This document shows, in pieces, positions 1 through 12,909 of a stretch of DNA of 64,000 nt; the stretch's first letter is position 1; each line of letters begins with the position of its first letter. The notes below the pieces were generated by a model. It was given only the letters and a program-made list of their open reading frames with translations. It ran no database searches and had not been told where the DNA came from. Source of the DNA: Octopus sinensis. Its lineage: Eukaryota. The position numbers and the translations under genes were made by a program. The DNA lies in the NCBI RefSeq assembly GCF_006345805.1, contig NC_043007.1:7998001-8062000 (forward strand), written 5' to 3'.

Positions 1-90
1 TTTGTTGTTGCTCCTGCTGATGGTGCCGTTTGTGTTATTGCTATTGAGATGGTAGCCACTGGAGTTTCGGCCTCTTGTGGGTCTCACCAT
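1..90 (-). CDS. Possible first coding segment of an unidentified host gene running off the left edge (MVRPTRGRNSSGYHLNSNNTNGTISRSNNK...)
   Basis: Non-repetitive sequence; ATG at 90-88 (minus) in gcgATGg context, in-frame stop upstream, frame open to base 1. No homology recognised. Confidence 0.2.
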   Translation of the reverse strand, partial: MVRPTRGRNSSGYHLNSNNTNGTISRSNNK

Positions 91-1017
91 CGCTATTGTT
101 ACAGTAGTTGCTGTAACACCTGCCACACCTGCCGCACCTGCCGCACCTTGTCATACCTGTACCCCCACCAAAAGTATCGTAACTGACAATCAACAACAAA
201 AATTTCTTCATTATTGAAAATGCTCCGAAACTTTGACTTTTTACATTAACCATGTTGACATCAGCATAGCGGAACCGTTGCTTAATAAACGAGCATCATT
301 CTCTTTACACACACACACACACTTACACACAATCACACACTTTCTTTCTACCGCACACACGCACACACACACACACACACACGCACGCACACTCACTCAC
401 ACGCTCTGTATAAGTGGCGATGGTGTGGCTGGATCAAACAGCGAAATTGTGAGTTCAATTCTTCAGCGGTGTTTTAAATTTTTCCTTGTCTGTTTCGCAC
501 ATAAAATCCTGGATATTGGTCGAAAGTAGAATTTCCATCCGTGAAATAAACATCAGAAATATAACGAAATTGATTCATTTGACGAATGTCCTTCCATTCA
601 ATTCACACACAAATAAATATATAAGTAAATAAAAGCATGTATAATAGTGCTTTTGTATCCAGTCCAAAGAAAACGACCTATAGCTCACTAGCATACAAAT
701 GTACCAGTAAATGTAGATTTATAATATCTCACATGCCGACGAAACATTATTAAGTATAAGTGTCTGTATATATGTGTGTGTGTTTGTATGTATGTATGTA
801 TGTATGTTTATATCTATGTATGCACGTATGTTTATATGTCTATCAAAACCTATTGGCATTTATATATATATATTTCTAAATTGCATACCTTGTCAACATA
901 CCGTACGGTTAAGTAAGTATGTATGTTGTATTATATTGCAACATATGAACAATGAGCCAACAAAGTGTGTGTGTGTGTGTGAGCTTAGAACATCAACATA
1001 TTGGTAAGGTCTTTTGT

Positions 1018-1101
<84 letters not shown>

Positions 1102-1871
1102 ATATGTATGTATATATATATAAAGAATGGTCAACACACAGCAACTCGCAGACAGAGAGAAAAAGAAACAGAAAAATAAATTAATAACAAAAAAAATGCA
1201 AAACAAGCAATAAATTAACACATAAATAAAATAGAATTATAAATAAACAAATATATAAATAAATAAATACTTTTAAGTTAATAAATTTGTGAAAATCGCT
1301 CGGGAAAAAGTTGTGTAGCGGTTGCGCCGATTGCTGTAGTAGCAGCAACAAAAGTGTGTTTACACGTGAAATATCTTGGATAATAATGACTTCTAGCAGG
1401 AGCAGGACTTTTTTTTCTTTCTATAACCAACCAACCTTTTTGCTCTGTTTTCATAGCAATTTATAAACGTATTTATGAATCTGTGTGTATGCGAGTCTGT
1501 ATATGTGTGTGTGTATGCGAGTCTGTATATGTGTGTGTGTATGAGAGAGAGAGAGAGAGGGGGGGGGAGTGTGAGTGACTATGTAAGACTGATTTTTGTT
1601 TGTGTTTGTGTGTTTGTGTGTTGAGAAATTAATATCTGCGTAAGACTGTATGGTCGACTAGGAGTTTGTGCGCGCACGTGCGTACGTGTGTGTGTGTGTG
1701 TGTATGTGTGCGTATGTGTGTGGGGGTATAAATTAACGCAGGTGTGCGAGTAACTAAGACAGTTACTCTTTGATAGTGTGTATATATATTTTGTGTTTGT
1801 GTGTATGAGTGTGTGCATATATATATTTATATATATATATATATATTATATATATATATATTATATATATA

Positions 1872-2008
<137 letters not shown>

Positions 2009-2207
2009 GGCGGCGAGCTGGCAGAAACGTTAGCACGCCGGGCGAAATGCGTAGCCGTATTTCGTCTGCCGTTACATTCTGAGTTCAAATTCCGCCGAGG
2101 TCGACTTTGCCTTTCATCCTTTAAGGGTCGATGTAATCGACTTAATCCGTTAGTCTGTCCTTGTTTGTCCCCTCTGTGTTTAGCCCCTTGTGGGTAGTAA
2201 AGAAATA
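2009..2207 (+). mobile_element. tRNA-derived SINE, family A (GGCGGCGAGCTGGCAGAA head, GAGTTCAAATTCC B-box) with Tx1-like 3' tail
   Basis: A/B-box-like head; the same sequence recurs more than 10 times in the window; flanked by (TA)n. Confidence 0.85.
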
Positions 2208-2779
2208 TATATACAACTGAAACTCTGTTGTGTGTGTGTGTGGATTTAAATTTGGGGAAAGCCGGTTTACGGGATTCCTTTAGGTGTCCCGTCCATAAAG
2301 GGTTTAGCTGTATGGCACATCGTCAGATCCCAAAACCTGTTGGCCCAAGACCTCTTAAAGACATATATATATATATATCAACGAGTGTGTGTGTGTGTGT
2401 GGTTTGTTAGTTATGAATGAAGGTGTGTGGTGCGTGTGTGTGAGAGAGTCTTCAGTGTTTTTCTAACTGTTTCTGTTTGTGTTTCTGTTGAGCGTACGTT
2501 TGTGAATGAATGAATGAACAGGCATGAAGTTGGGTGTGTGTGTGTGTGTGTACGTGAGTGTTAGGGCACATGTGATGTGTATGTAAGAGAGGCAAATGTG
2601 TGTGTCTGTATGTATGTGTTTGTGTGTGTCTGTATGTATATGTGTGCTTGTGTGCGCACGCGACAGCTGCCTCTGTTAAAAGTGAATAAATGCTAAGGTT
2701 GTGCGCATGTGTGCGTGTGGATGTTTCAGTCCGTATGCGTCTGTGTTGTTATGTGTATCTTCTCTTGGTGTGTATTCGG

Positions 2780-2919
2780 TCGTTTTGCGGCCACGTGGTC
2801 CCAGGTTCAATCCCGCTGTGCAGCTTCTTAGGGAAACGTCTTCTACAGCCCTGGATTGACGCCTTTGCAGTGAATTTGATAGACGGAAACTGTGTATGTG
2901 TGTGTGCGGCAGTGTGGGC

Positions 2920-2954
<35 letters not shown>

Positions 2955-3150
2955 TGTGCGCGTGTTTACCCCTCCCCCGCACAATTACATGACAATCGGT
3001 GTTAGTTTTTTTATGTCCCTCTAACTTGCTGGTAAGGCAAAAAACACCGATAGAAGATGTACCGGACTTGCTATGATCACAGAGGTCAATATTTTCGACT
3101 TAAACCTTTCAAGACGGTGCCCCAGCGTGGCCACAGTCCAAGAATGCAAT
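2780..3150 (+). mobile_element. tRNA-derived SINE, family B (CORE-like), diverged copy
   Basis: GGTTCAATCCC B-box, GTAGACGGAAACTG motif, internal (TG)n and GGTGCCCCAGCGTGGCCACAGTC tail, matching other copies. Confidence 0.7.
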
Positions 3151-3689
3151 AAGTAAAAGACGAAACAGTCAACGCATCTGTGTGTGTGTGTGTCTATGTA
3201 CGTGTGTCTATGTGCGTAAGTATGCGAGAGTGTGTGTACTGGATCGAACCTGGGTGTGGATGTAAGTGCACTTGTGTGTGTGTGCGTGTGTTGGTAGGGG
3301 TACGGGTTGCCTCACTGCGCGACGCAAAGCATTCGTCATACCCATACGTTAACTCAGCTTCGATACGTATTACAGCATTTTAATATGTCTGTGTGTTCGT
3401 GAGGATGCAGGAGTATATAAATACAATGGGGGAAACCATACATACTGTACACGCACACACACACACACGTATGCATATGGGTATATTCTTTTATTTGTTT
3501 CAGTCATTTGACTGCGGCCATACTGGAGCACCGCCTCATAATCGAACAAATCGACCCCAGGACTTATTCTTTATAAGCCTAGTATTTATTCTATCGGTCT
3601 CTTTTGCCGAACCGCTAAGTATAAAATATCATGGTATAAAAGAATATTTGCCACAGCAAATATTCTGCTCAATACCTCAGATTTGCTTG

Positions 3690-4117
3690 TCGGTTGTTTG
3701 ACCTTAACCAGTTGGCCATGTCCCTTAATGGCTGACGATATTTGCATCTCTGATCACGAGCAGAAGTAGTGGGGGAGCATCATAGCCATGTGTTGAGAGG
3801 AATTCTTTGGGGCTTGGATAATTCACCTTTGGAAACATGGATGTTTCGTTCAGCATCCTTAAAGAAACCTTATTCGGGGACCTTTTGAGCGGATTGGGCT
3901 ATTTGACCAGAAGAAAATTCTAACTGGGCCCCACCTGCAAGGTCCTGCAAGGTCATGCGCTGTTTATCTTGAAATGAGATCACCATGTCGCGCACACATG
4001 GTTGTGATGCATGTGCCTGGTGTACCCTTATCAGACGGGTAGTTGTGATGGGTATACTGGGGTTCATATATTTTACCTCAGTGTCACTTTGGTGGCATGC
4101 ACTGCTCTCTCACTCAC
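3690..4117 (+). mobile_element. Probable 3' UTR of an R4/Dong-type LINE ending in (TAA)n
   Basis: Non-coding repeat-like block terminating directly in an (AAT)n array; family assignment is inferred from the tail and neighbouring fragment. Confidence 0.4.
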
Positions 4118-4154
<37 letters not shown>

Positions 4155-4157
<3 letters not shown>

Positions 4158-4494
4158 TGTAGCAGAATGCCCCAATTTGGCACAGGAAGAATATAAAAAT
4201 GGAAACACGACCAGGCTGTAAAAGTTTTACAGTGGAAACTGTGCCAGAATTGGGGATTTGAAGCTGGAAACACTTGGTAGAATCCTTGAATCGAAAGAGT
4301 TCTGGAATCGGAGAAAGGTGAGATTTTGTGGGACTTTACAGTTCAAACGGACAATAAATTAGGAAAAAATAGGCCAGACACAACAATTATGGATAAGGAA
4401 AAGCGAAGTTGCTGACTTATCGACCCATCATGTCCGTTTGATTCTAGGATCGTAAACAAAGAGGCAGAAAAAGAAAAAAAGAAATACAATCCCC

Positions 4495-4497
<3 letters not shown>
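4155..4497 (+). pseudogene. R4/Dong-type non-LTR retrotransposon fragment (CCHC/RLE endonuclease region)
   Basis: Broken translation IVAECPNLAQEEYK..HDQAVKVLQWKLCQ..ILWDFTVQTDNKL..RPDT..LIDPSCPFD matches the C..LA..EY..RHD / WDF..QTD / RPD / D motifs of RLE LINEs; stops and frameshifts. Confidence 0.75.
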
Positions 4498-4525
<28 letters not shown>

Positions 4526-4675
4526 AAGAAGAAGAAGAAGAAGAAGAAGAAGAAGAAGAAATAAATACAATCTTCTTCAGTACGAAATAGCGGTGCTCCA
4601 GCATGGCCGGAGTTAAATGACTAAAATAAATATAAGAATAAAAGAATAAAAGAACATGTATATATGTGTGTGTAT

Positions 4676-4830
4676 GTGGCTGTGAGATAAGTAGCTTGCT
4701 TACCAGCCACATGGTTCTGGGTTCAGTCCCACTGCGTGACACCTTCGGCAAATGTCTTCTACTATGACCTCGCGCCGACCAAAGCTTTGTGAGTGGATTT
4801 GGTAGACGGAAACTGAAAGAAGCCCGTCAC
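4676..4830 (+). mobile_element. SINE family B, 5' half
   Basis: GTGGCTGTG..AAGTAGCTTGCTTACC..GGGTTCAGTCCCACTGCG..CACCTT(G)GGCAA..GTAGACGGAAACTGAAAGAAGCCCGTC. Confidence 0.8.
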
Positions 4831-4948
4831 ATATGCATATACATGCGCGCGCGTGTGCGTGTGTGTCTACTTATACTAATATATATACTTATGCAGTGTA
4901 AATAATGTATGTACTTGTGTGTGTGTGTGTGTGTGTGTTGTGTGTGTG

Positions 4949-5022
<74 letters not shown>

Positions 5023-5171
5023 ATAGTGTAAATATCGCTGAGAAAATGTATCAAAATGTTTTCAGACCCAAACAGTTATGACAAAGCTTTTCTTACTCAT
5101 TAATTAATCATTTCATATCGTAAAATGTTCATAGACGCAGGAGTGGATGTGTGGTAAGTAGCTTGCTTACC

Positions 5172-6815
5172 TCCGTTGTGGAAAGACGGGTTTTTTGGGG
5201 GGCGGTGAGCCAAACGTTTTGTTGCACGTGGTTATTTTTTTCCTATTGGAATTGTTGTCTATTGTTGAATATTTTCGAAATGTTGAACATTGTTGAACTT
5301 TGAAAGTTTTTGTGCTTTTTCCCGGTGACGGGAGAAAGTAATTATTGAAATATTGAAATTATTAATATTGAACTTATTAAAGCCGTTGTACTGTTATCCT
5401 CATTAAGAGGGGGGGAAATATTATAGGTTTCCCGTTTTTTTGGGATAAGCAATTTATTTTTGCGAGAAAAATTTAATTTTAGCCGTTGTAGGCTCTATTG
5501 TGGCATCCGCCAATAACGTGGGTGAGATTTGAACTCTTGTCCTCGTTGTGAGGAAAAAAAATATTATAGGTTTTCCGTTTTGGGGGATTCTATATTTTAT
5601 TATTGTGTGAAAAAAAAAATTAATTTCGAACGTTGTAGGCTTTGTTGCTACGTCTCGCCCCCCAGCTGGGGTGGGATTTGAACTGTTGTCCTCGTTAAGA
5701 GGAAGAAAAAAATAAAAAAATTATAGGTTTCCCTTTTTCTGGGATTAAATTGTGTATCATTTATTTCGAACGAATATGTCGGTCGAAATAATCCCAGAAA
5801 CGAACCAGCTGCATGAGCCAGCAGAAAAGTTCGCGGCAGTAGCCGCTGTATCTTCTAAGAATATTGTTATAGAAACGGAGAAGTTCTCCAAGCTTTTTGG
5901 GAGAATGAAAGAGGAGGGTGGGAATATAAAGATCTCACCCTCCCCTAGTGTTGAAAATCTGAAGAGAAGGACAGTCGTTTACAAAACGTACTGTCCTTCA
6001 TCGAAGAAATTCAAGCACTTCGAAAAGTGCGAAATAGAAAAATGCCTGGCCCCTATATGGAAAGATATAAAACACATAGCGAGGGGCCGGGCATATGGAA
6101 CAATAGAGGCCAGATTCGAGACGGCTGAAAAAGCCCAAGAGCACTCAGTGAGTCCTCTGAAAACGAAGGAGGTGGTGCTGCTCCCAACATACATGGGAAG
6201 AAGAACAGCACGAGTCCGAATAAACGTAGACAGTGAAATATGGAAAAAAAAGAAAATAAGTGCGCAGACATCAGGCCCTTCAACTACAGAAAAAGACCCC
6301 AAACCCGCACACAAATTAGCCTCCAGAGAAACAAATACTCACACCCTACCATCACATCAGCTGCTGTACTCTCGTGAAGAAAATCTATCAGAAGTTTAGG
6401 ATGGGCATGCTGAGTGGCAGAGGTCGATAAAGAAATGTTACGACCAACAAGCAGGAAAACCACACACATCATTAGAACCAGGTAATTACGTAGGAGGACA
6501 GGTAAATGACAAAACACGAATACCAGCAACGACCAAAGAGAAAAGTGATAAACCGGGATCGTATGCGGTTGAGACGACAACTGCAAAGAAATACGGCAAA
6601 AACTGATGACACATCCAATCATCAAAAGAAGTTGATAATCAATTTAGAAGACAGCATATCCGTCTTATGAACGAAACTGGGGAGAACCAACGATGCCCGA
6701 TTTAGTTGAGCTGCCTATTCCAAGTGAGTCATCTTCAGAAGCTGACATATCCATAACAACAAACCAATAAGATACCGAACTTTATAATCCTTCTTATGCC
6801 ATCGAAATATGACGG
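5172..6815 (+). mobile_element. Tx1/L1-clade LINE 5' portion: 5' UTR with about 3 degenerate ~140-bp repeats, plus ORF1 (5752-6399) fragment
   Basis: ORF has IKHIARGRAYGTIEARFETAEKA..LLPTYMGRRTARVRI, an RRM-like ORF1 signature I associate with Tx1-type elements; the UTR repeats the TTATAGGTTT(T)CC..GGGAT unit. Confidence 0.55.
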
Positions 6816-7639
6816 TTGTCTACCCCTTAAACTGTTCATGCGTGAAATAATTTATGATGTACGTCTTAAAATGGGAAATGCAATGCATTCAGTTGCTTCC
6901 ATTCAATTGTTAGATTATCTTTTACTTATTGTTTTCCAGTAATGGCCATCTGATTGATAAGTCACATGTAATTCTACTCGTATTTGAATTGGTCGTTAAA
7001 ACACAACAATTTAAGCGAGTACGTATGTTTACATGTTTATACTATTCGAGGCTGGGCGTTTTCTCGAAACCTATTGATATTCTCTGTCTATATTCACTCT
7101 TCCTTCCCCACTACCACTGCCTTGTTTTTTCCTATTTCCAATTATAATTATTTATTAAATAGGGCCCAGCTGATGTCACATCTTTTCAATATCTGTTTCA
7201 ATGTTAAGGTAGCCTTCGTTATCTGTTTCGTTTAACAAGAACTGTTCAACGTAATTTAATTCTAATGAATAAAGACTTCATTAATTAAAATTCATAGAAA
7301 CAGGTACTTTAAATATGTTGCCACTTGTTTCATTATCAACGCAGGTACACTAGTCTGTGCACACCTGTGCTCGTAGTGAAAGAGAAAAGAAAGTTTATTC
7401 TGTGGTTATTGTTGCTGTTGCTGTTCTTTCGAAAGCATGCCAGCCATGACCAACCCACTGATATTCAGGCATAGTGATATGAATGAGCACATTATTCTAC
7501 ATAGCTTTCGTTTTATAATTATGAATACAGTAGTGCGTCGTACAAAACGCTTAGCGACATTTTTTTTCTGTACGTTACGTTCGGAAATCAAATTCCGTCG
7601 CCGATTACTTTGCCTTTCATCCTTAGGGAGTCGATAAAA

Positions 7640-8230
7640 TTGGGAGAGGGATGTCTTAAAGAGAGAGGGATGGAAATAAGTGGGAAGAAAGCGTAGGATG
7701 GAAAAGAGAAAGGAGAAGAAGTAAAAGAAAAGTAGAGAGTGAACGAGAGAGACAGGGAGGGAGAGAGTGGAGGAAGGAGATTTTGAAGGCGTGTCAGAAG
7801 GAAAGAGGCGTGAATGAGTAGAAAGAAATAAGAAAATGAAAGATGAAAGTGAGAAAAGAGAAGGAAAAGTTGTGTTAGAAAGAGTGAGATGAGAAGTGGA
7901 GAGGAAGAGGAAAGAATTATGAAGAAAATGAAGGGTAAAAGACAGAAGGGGGGATTTGGGTTGGAGAGAGAGGGATATGGGAGGGAAATGAAGGAAAAGA
8001 GAATGAAAGAAAGTTGGAGGAAGAGGGGGAGGAGATGTAGTGGAAAGAGGAAGACAGCCAGACGAAAAGAGAAAGATATAGAAGGAGAATGAGAGAAAAG
8101 GGAAAGGGTAGCAATAGTAAAGAGAGGGCGAGAGAGATAGAGAGAGAAGGTAGGGAAAGAGAGAGAGGAAGAGGAAGAAGGAGAAACAGATAAAGAAAGA
8201 AAAGGGGAAATGAGAGATTATGGAACGATG
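7640..8230. repeat. Purine-rich (GA/GAA) low-complexity tract
   Basis: Almost exclusively A/G on the plus strand. Confidence 0.85.
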
Positions 8231-8699
8231 GCGATAAATTGAAGAATTGGTTTGAGAAATTAGAGTGAAAGATAAGATTAGTTAAAAGACTTGCCAAATA
8301 GCAAAACATTAAAATATGACTCAACGACCGATCTACCATCAGCCACAGCGGTCGTCCGCTTATTACATTTCGAGATTTTAGCTCAGGTTAAATGTTTTTT
8401 ACTTGATAAAATTGCAGTGAATGGAACTTCCGTCGGTTTTTACGATGACTTGAGCAGTTGTTCGGTCAATAGAATTGCCTATTCGTTGAATTGATATTCT
8501 CAGTCGACCTATTGAGAGAGACTAGCTTCTACGTGGTCACTAGCGTACTAGAAATAACAGTCAAATCTTTCTCGAATCAAGTTTGATTCGAGACTGTCTT
8601 ACTGCGGAGAGAAGTCAGAGATAAATTATGACCAAAACTGACAGGATGATCGTGGTTAGAATACCTTTGATTATAAAGTCTGCTTCCTAGTAGAATGGT

Positions 8700-8890
8700 T
8701 ACAGCGCCGGACGAAATGCTGCTAAGCGTTTCGTCCATTCTTACGTTCTGAGTTCAAGTACCGCCGAGCCGAGGTCGACTTTGCTTTTGTCTTTTCTGGT
8801 TGATAAAATACGAACCAGTTGAGCACCGGGGTCGATGTAATCATCCAGCCCCTCCCTCCGAAATGTCAGGCCTTAAACCTATAGTAGAAA
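8700..8890 (+). mobile_element. SINE family A, diverged copy
   Basis: GTTCTGAGTTCAAGTACCGCCGAG..GAGGTCGACTTTGC..GGGGTCGATGTAATC. Confidence 0.75.
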
Positions 8891-9229
8891 AAATTCTGCT
8901 TGACTCGGTCGGCCATGGGCTAAACAATAATAACTTTACAGTGTAAAGCATCGGATATATCATAGACACATGTACATATAATGAAGAACTCGGTCAGAAT
9001 CACTCACTCTTTTTCCTTGCAGGCTTCTTTTAGTTTCCGTCTATCCTGTTTGATTCACAGTGCCAATGCAAAGCGAGGGGAGGGGTCACCTGTTCAAGGT
9101 AGCGAGCTATGGGATCGAACCAGAGGCATTACGATTGTGAGACAAACTTCCTATCATGCTGTTCCCATGCATGGCAGAACAAACACGTACACACACACAC
9201 GTACATATGTGCATACATACACACACGCA

Positions 9230-9400
9230 CAAACATGCCAATATACATACATGCATGCATGTATGTATATACACATACAAACATACATACACACACATGC
9301 ATACATACATCAAGCATTCATACATACATACATACAAACATATATACACACATACATGAATACATACATACTTACATACATACATACATGCAGACATACA

Positions 9401-9434
<34 letters not shown>

Positions 9435-9471
9435 CATACATACAAACATACATAAATACATACATACATAC

Positions 9472-9502
<31 letters not shown>

Positions 9503-9557
9503 CATACATACATACATACACACATACATATATACAAACATACATACATACACACAT

Positions 9558-9588
<31 letters not shown>

Positions 9589-9780
9589 CATACATACATA
9601 CATACATACACACATACATACATACATACATACATACATACATACACACATATACATACATACATACATACATACATACATACATACATACATACATACA
9701 TACATACATACATACATACATACATACATACATACATACATACATACATACATACATACATACATACATACATACATACA
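9230..9780. repeat. (TACA)n microsatellite array
   Basis: Direct inspection. Confidence 0.95.
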
Positions 9781-10566
9781 TTGTGCGCTGACTGAGCTGA
9801 CAACGCTGTGTTTACACCTTTACCATAAGCAAGAAATTTTTCTTTGCAGTAAAGCGTAGTGAAATCATCTTTAGAAGTTAGAATATATCAGAAATTATAA
9901 ATTACAATTTCTAAAAGATGAAATTAGAGGCAAGTTATACAAGATGGATAATGGGATTCCTGGTATACCGCGTAACCATCATAAGGGATGGTTACGGCTG
10001 GAATGCTTTTTGGTGTCATCTATCTACATGACAACACTTGAGCAGGCCTTCAACATCAACAGTACGACTAACAATATAGCGACAAACAACAGCCCTTTCG
10101 TAATCAGGGCCACCAAATTGTTAACATATGTAATGACAAGGCGTGACTACAATCTTTTTTTATAAAGCGATTAACAGCTGATGTAAATTCTAATTCCTCT
10201 TAGAATGTTCCCGATGTATCAATTCAGCAAGTTATTCTTGCCGCCAACTTCCGCTGTCTATTTCCAGTTGTAACAACAAATACCTGAAACTGTTTTTCCA
10301 TTGGCAACTGCTTCGATTTTTGTCAGCCATCTTAAAAAGTGTTTAATTCCTCTGACATTTATTTTCCTTTATGAAACAATGTATGTGGAGTATAATTGTT
10401 TAATCAATGTCTATTACCCTGTCTAACCAACTGTTATACTACCCATATCCTGGATAGATTTTTGGCATGACAATTATATAATATATTTTTGAAATATTAT
10501 ATTTACCAACTTTAGGTTAATCCATAGCTGCGAAATACAGACAGACAGACAGACAGATAGACAGAC

Positions 10567-10647
<81 letters not shown>

Positions 10648-10648
<1 letters not shown>

Positions 10649-10910
10649 CTTTCTTTATTGGCCACACAGGGTTGAACACAGGGGGGACAAATACAAATGT
10701 AGAGGTTTTCTTTTCGAAAATGAAAAAAAGAGGAAAAGTAAGAAAGTAAAATTCCGATCAAACGGGATCGGGAAAAACAAAAAGATCAAAAGGGATCGTG
10801 TAGCACAAAAATGTTTTAAAAATGTAAAAAGCAAGATTAGATTTATCCGTGGAAAGAAAAGGACCACGGTAACCTTTGGCAGGGATGGACTAAACATATG
10901 AAAGCAAAGT

Positions 10911-10988
<78 letters not shown>

Positions 10989-12610
10989 TCTCTTTCAATT
11001 TACAAGATCATGCTCAAAGGCGTTTTGTCACTCGCACGCACCATCTTTGCTACATTCACCCACCTTTTTCTGAAACTTTCACGAGACAAAACCTGCCTCT
11101 CCATTCTCACCTTCCTTTTCAAGTGGTAGTTGAAAAAGTTGACGAGCGATTGTCCAGGGAGGTAGATGTTTGTCTCGAATCCTTTCGCTCGATTCCACCA
11201 CACGCATCCTTTCACCAGGAGAGGACCGACCAGGTAAAGGACCTGGGTATCTTGGTGGATTCTTCCTTTTCGCCTTCGGCCCAATGCGTCCATGCTGCCA
11301 ACAAAGCAAGCAGAGTTCTGTTCTTGATTCGACGGTCATTCGGAATGCTCACAGCAGCCATATTCCTACCGCTCTATGTCACGCTGGTGAGACCCATATC
11401 GGAGTACGGGATTCAAGCCTCTTCTCCTTATCTCCTCAAAGACATACAGCATCTCGAAAGAGACCAGAAGCTGGCTACCCGCATGGCTCTTGGTCTCAAG
11501 CATTTGTCTTGTGAAGAAAGGCTGAAGACGCTCGACCTTTATTCTCTAGAAAAACGACGACGCCGTGGTGATCTCATTCTCGCTCACAACATCATAAGCG
11601 GAAAGTGTAACCTCTCGAAAGAGCTGTTCTTCACTCCTGCTCCAGAGCGTCTGCTGCGAGGTCACACCGAAAAGCTCTAACTGCGACGATTTCATCTCAA
11701 TCGAAGGAGAGGGGCTTTCTCCGTCCGGGTTGCGGATCCGTGGAATAAGCTGCCGGACGAGATAGTGAAGATGCCGACGACCGCTCGGTTTAAAGTCTCT
11801 CTTGACCAGAAATGACCTGATCAGCCTCCCTGTACATAACTCCATGTCCCTCTACATGGCCTTGCTTTTTGCTTTTTGAGCCAAAAAATTAACTTAACTT
11901 AACCATGGCCACAAGTACGATGAAGACTGCCTTGCCTTCCCGGTTGAGGGAAGGTGACGGAGCAATTGTCACGATAGACTCGTCCCACACGTGACAGCAA
12001 CCGTTCGGCATAAACCCGCAGGTCCGAAATGGATGGACACTGCATGAGTGCGTGCAGAACGGTTTCGTCGTTCTGACCGCATCTCGGACAAGTCGATCCA
12101 GTGTGTCTCGAATCGTGCCTATAGAGCTTATCCCGAACAGGTAATGTTTCTCGATAGCACTGCCAGGCCAGGGATCTCTGGTGATTGTCCATAGGTCCCG
12201 GCCCGAAAGTTGTCCTGAACAGGTGGGTCAGGTGTTCCTCGTCGATGCCCAGATTCGCACCTCCCCTCCGCTAATTGTCTATAGAACACGTTTGTTGTAA
12301 TGAAGTCGCACAAGTTTGGTCCCGGACGGCAGACTTTCTTGAGAGCAACGCAACACTCGCGATGCCATTCGCCTAACCTCGAACTCTGATGCATGACTGC
12401 AGTTCGGCCAAGGAGACGAGATGCGGGAAAGCGCGCCGCACAAACGGCAACAACACCTGTTCACCGTCGTCTATGAAGCGCCGGAGATGTCGCTGTCTCA
12501 ACGCGTGTCTGCGCATCATCAACAATGGCATGCCTAGCCCTCCATTTAGCAGATGTTGACGGCAAATGGATCGCCTAACTATCGGAACGCTTCCCTTCCA
12601 CAAGAAGCAG

Positions 12611-12612
<2 letters not shown>
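10648..12612 (-). mobile_element. 5'-truncated Tx1/L1-clade LINE (ORF2 C-terminus + 3' UTR), interrupted by a CR1-like insertion and flanked on both sides by (GATA)n
   Basis: Minus translations FCFLWKG..GGLGMP, LAWQCYRETLPVRDKL..CPRCGQNDETVLHALMQC (zf-RVT type) and KGCVWWNRAKG..HLKRKVRMERQVLS..FRKRW; 3' end AATAAAGAAAG runs into (ATCT)n. Confidence 0.85.
11218..11901 (+). mobile_element. 5'-truncated CR1-like LINE 3' end with (TTAAC)n tail and ACCA target duplication
   Basis: VKDLGILVDS..LYVTLVRP.SEYG..YSLEKRRRRGDLI..RGH..WNKLP; tail AATTAACTTAACTTA; ACCA at 11214-11217 and 11902-11905. Confidence 0.85.
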
Positions 12613-12697
<85 letters not shown>

Positions 12698-12723
12698 CGT
12701 ATATATATGTATGTATATATACG

Positions 12724-12909
12724 ATCCACTGGTCCATTATAAGAAATGTTGCACCATATAGCGGAATATCACGGGTATGCAAGCTATGCCTAGAAGAAAT
12801 CCTGGGAGCCATCATATCCAAGGAAAACGTGATAAACTGGCATTCTGAGATGATCGTATCATGTAAATATGGGAACAAAACATCATTGATGGAGTTTGAA
12901 ACGAAATAA
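12724..12909 (+). pseudogene. Penelope-like element GIY-YIG endonuclease C-terminal fragment (not in the ORF track; no start codon)
   Basis: My translation IHWSIIRNVAPYSGISRVCKLCLEEILGAIISKENVINWHSEMIVSCKYGNKTSLMEFETK* fits the PLE pattern W.I...A.PY......C.LCL.EK..I....LN.R.E....C.H.NK..L. Confidence 0.7.
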
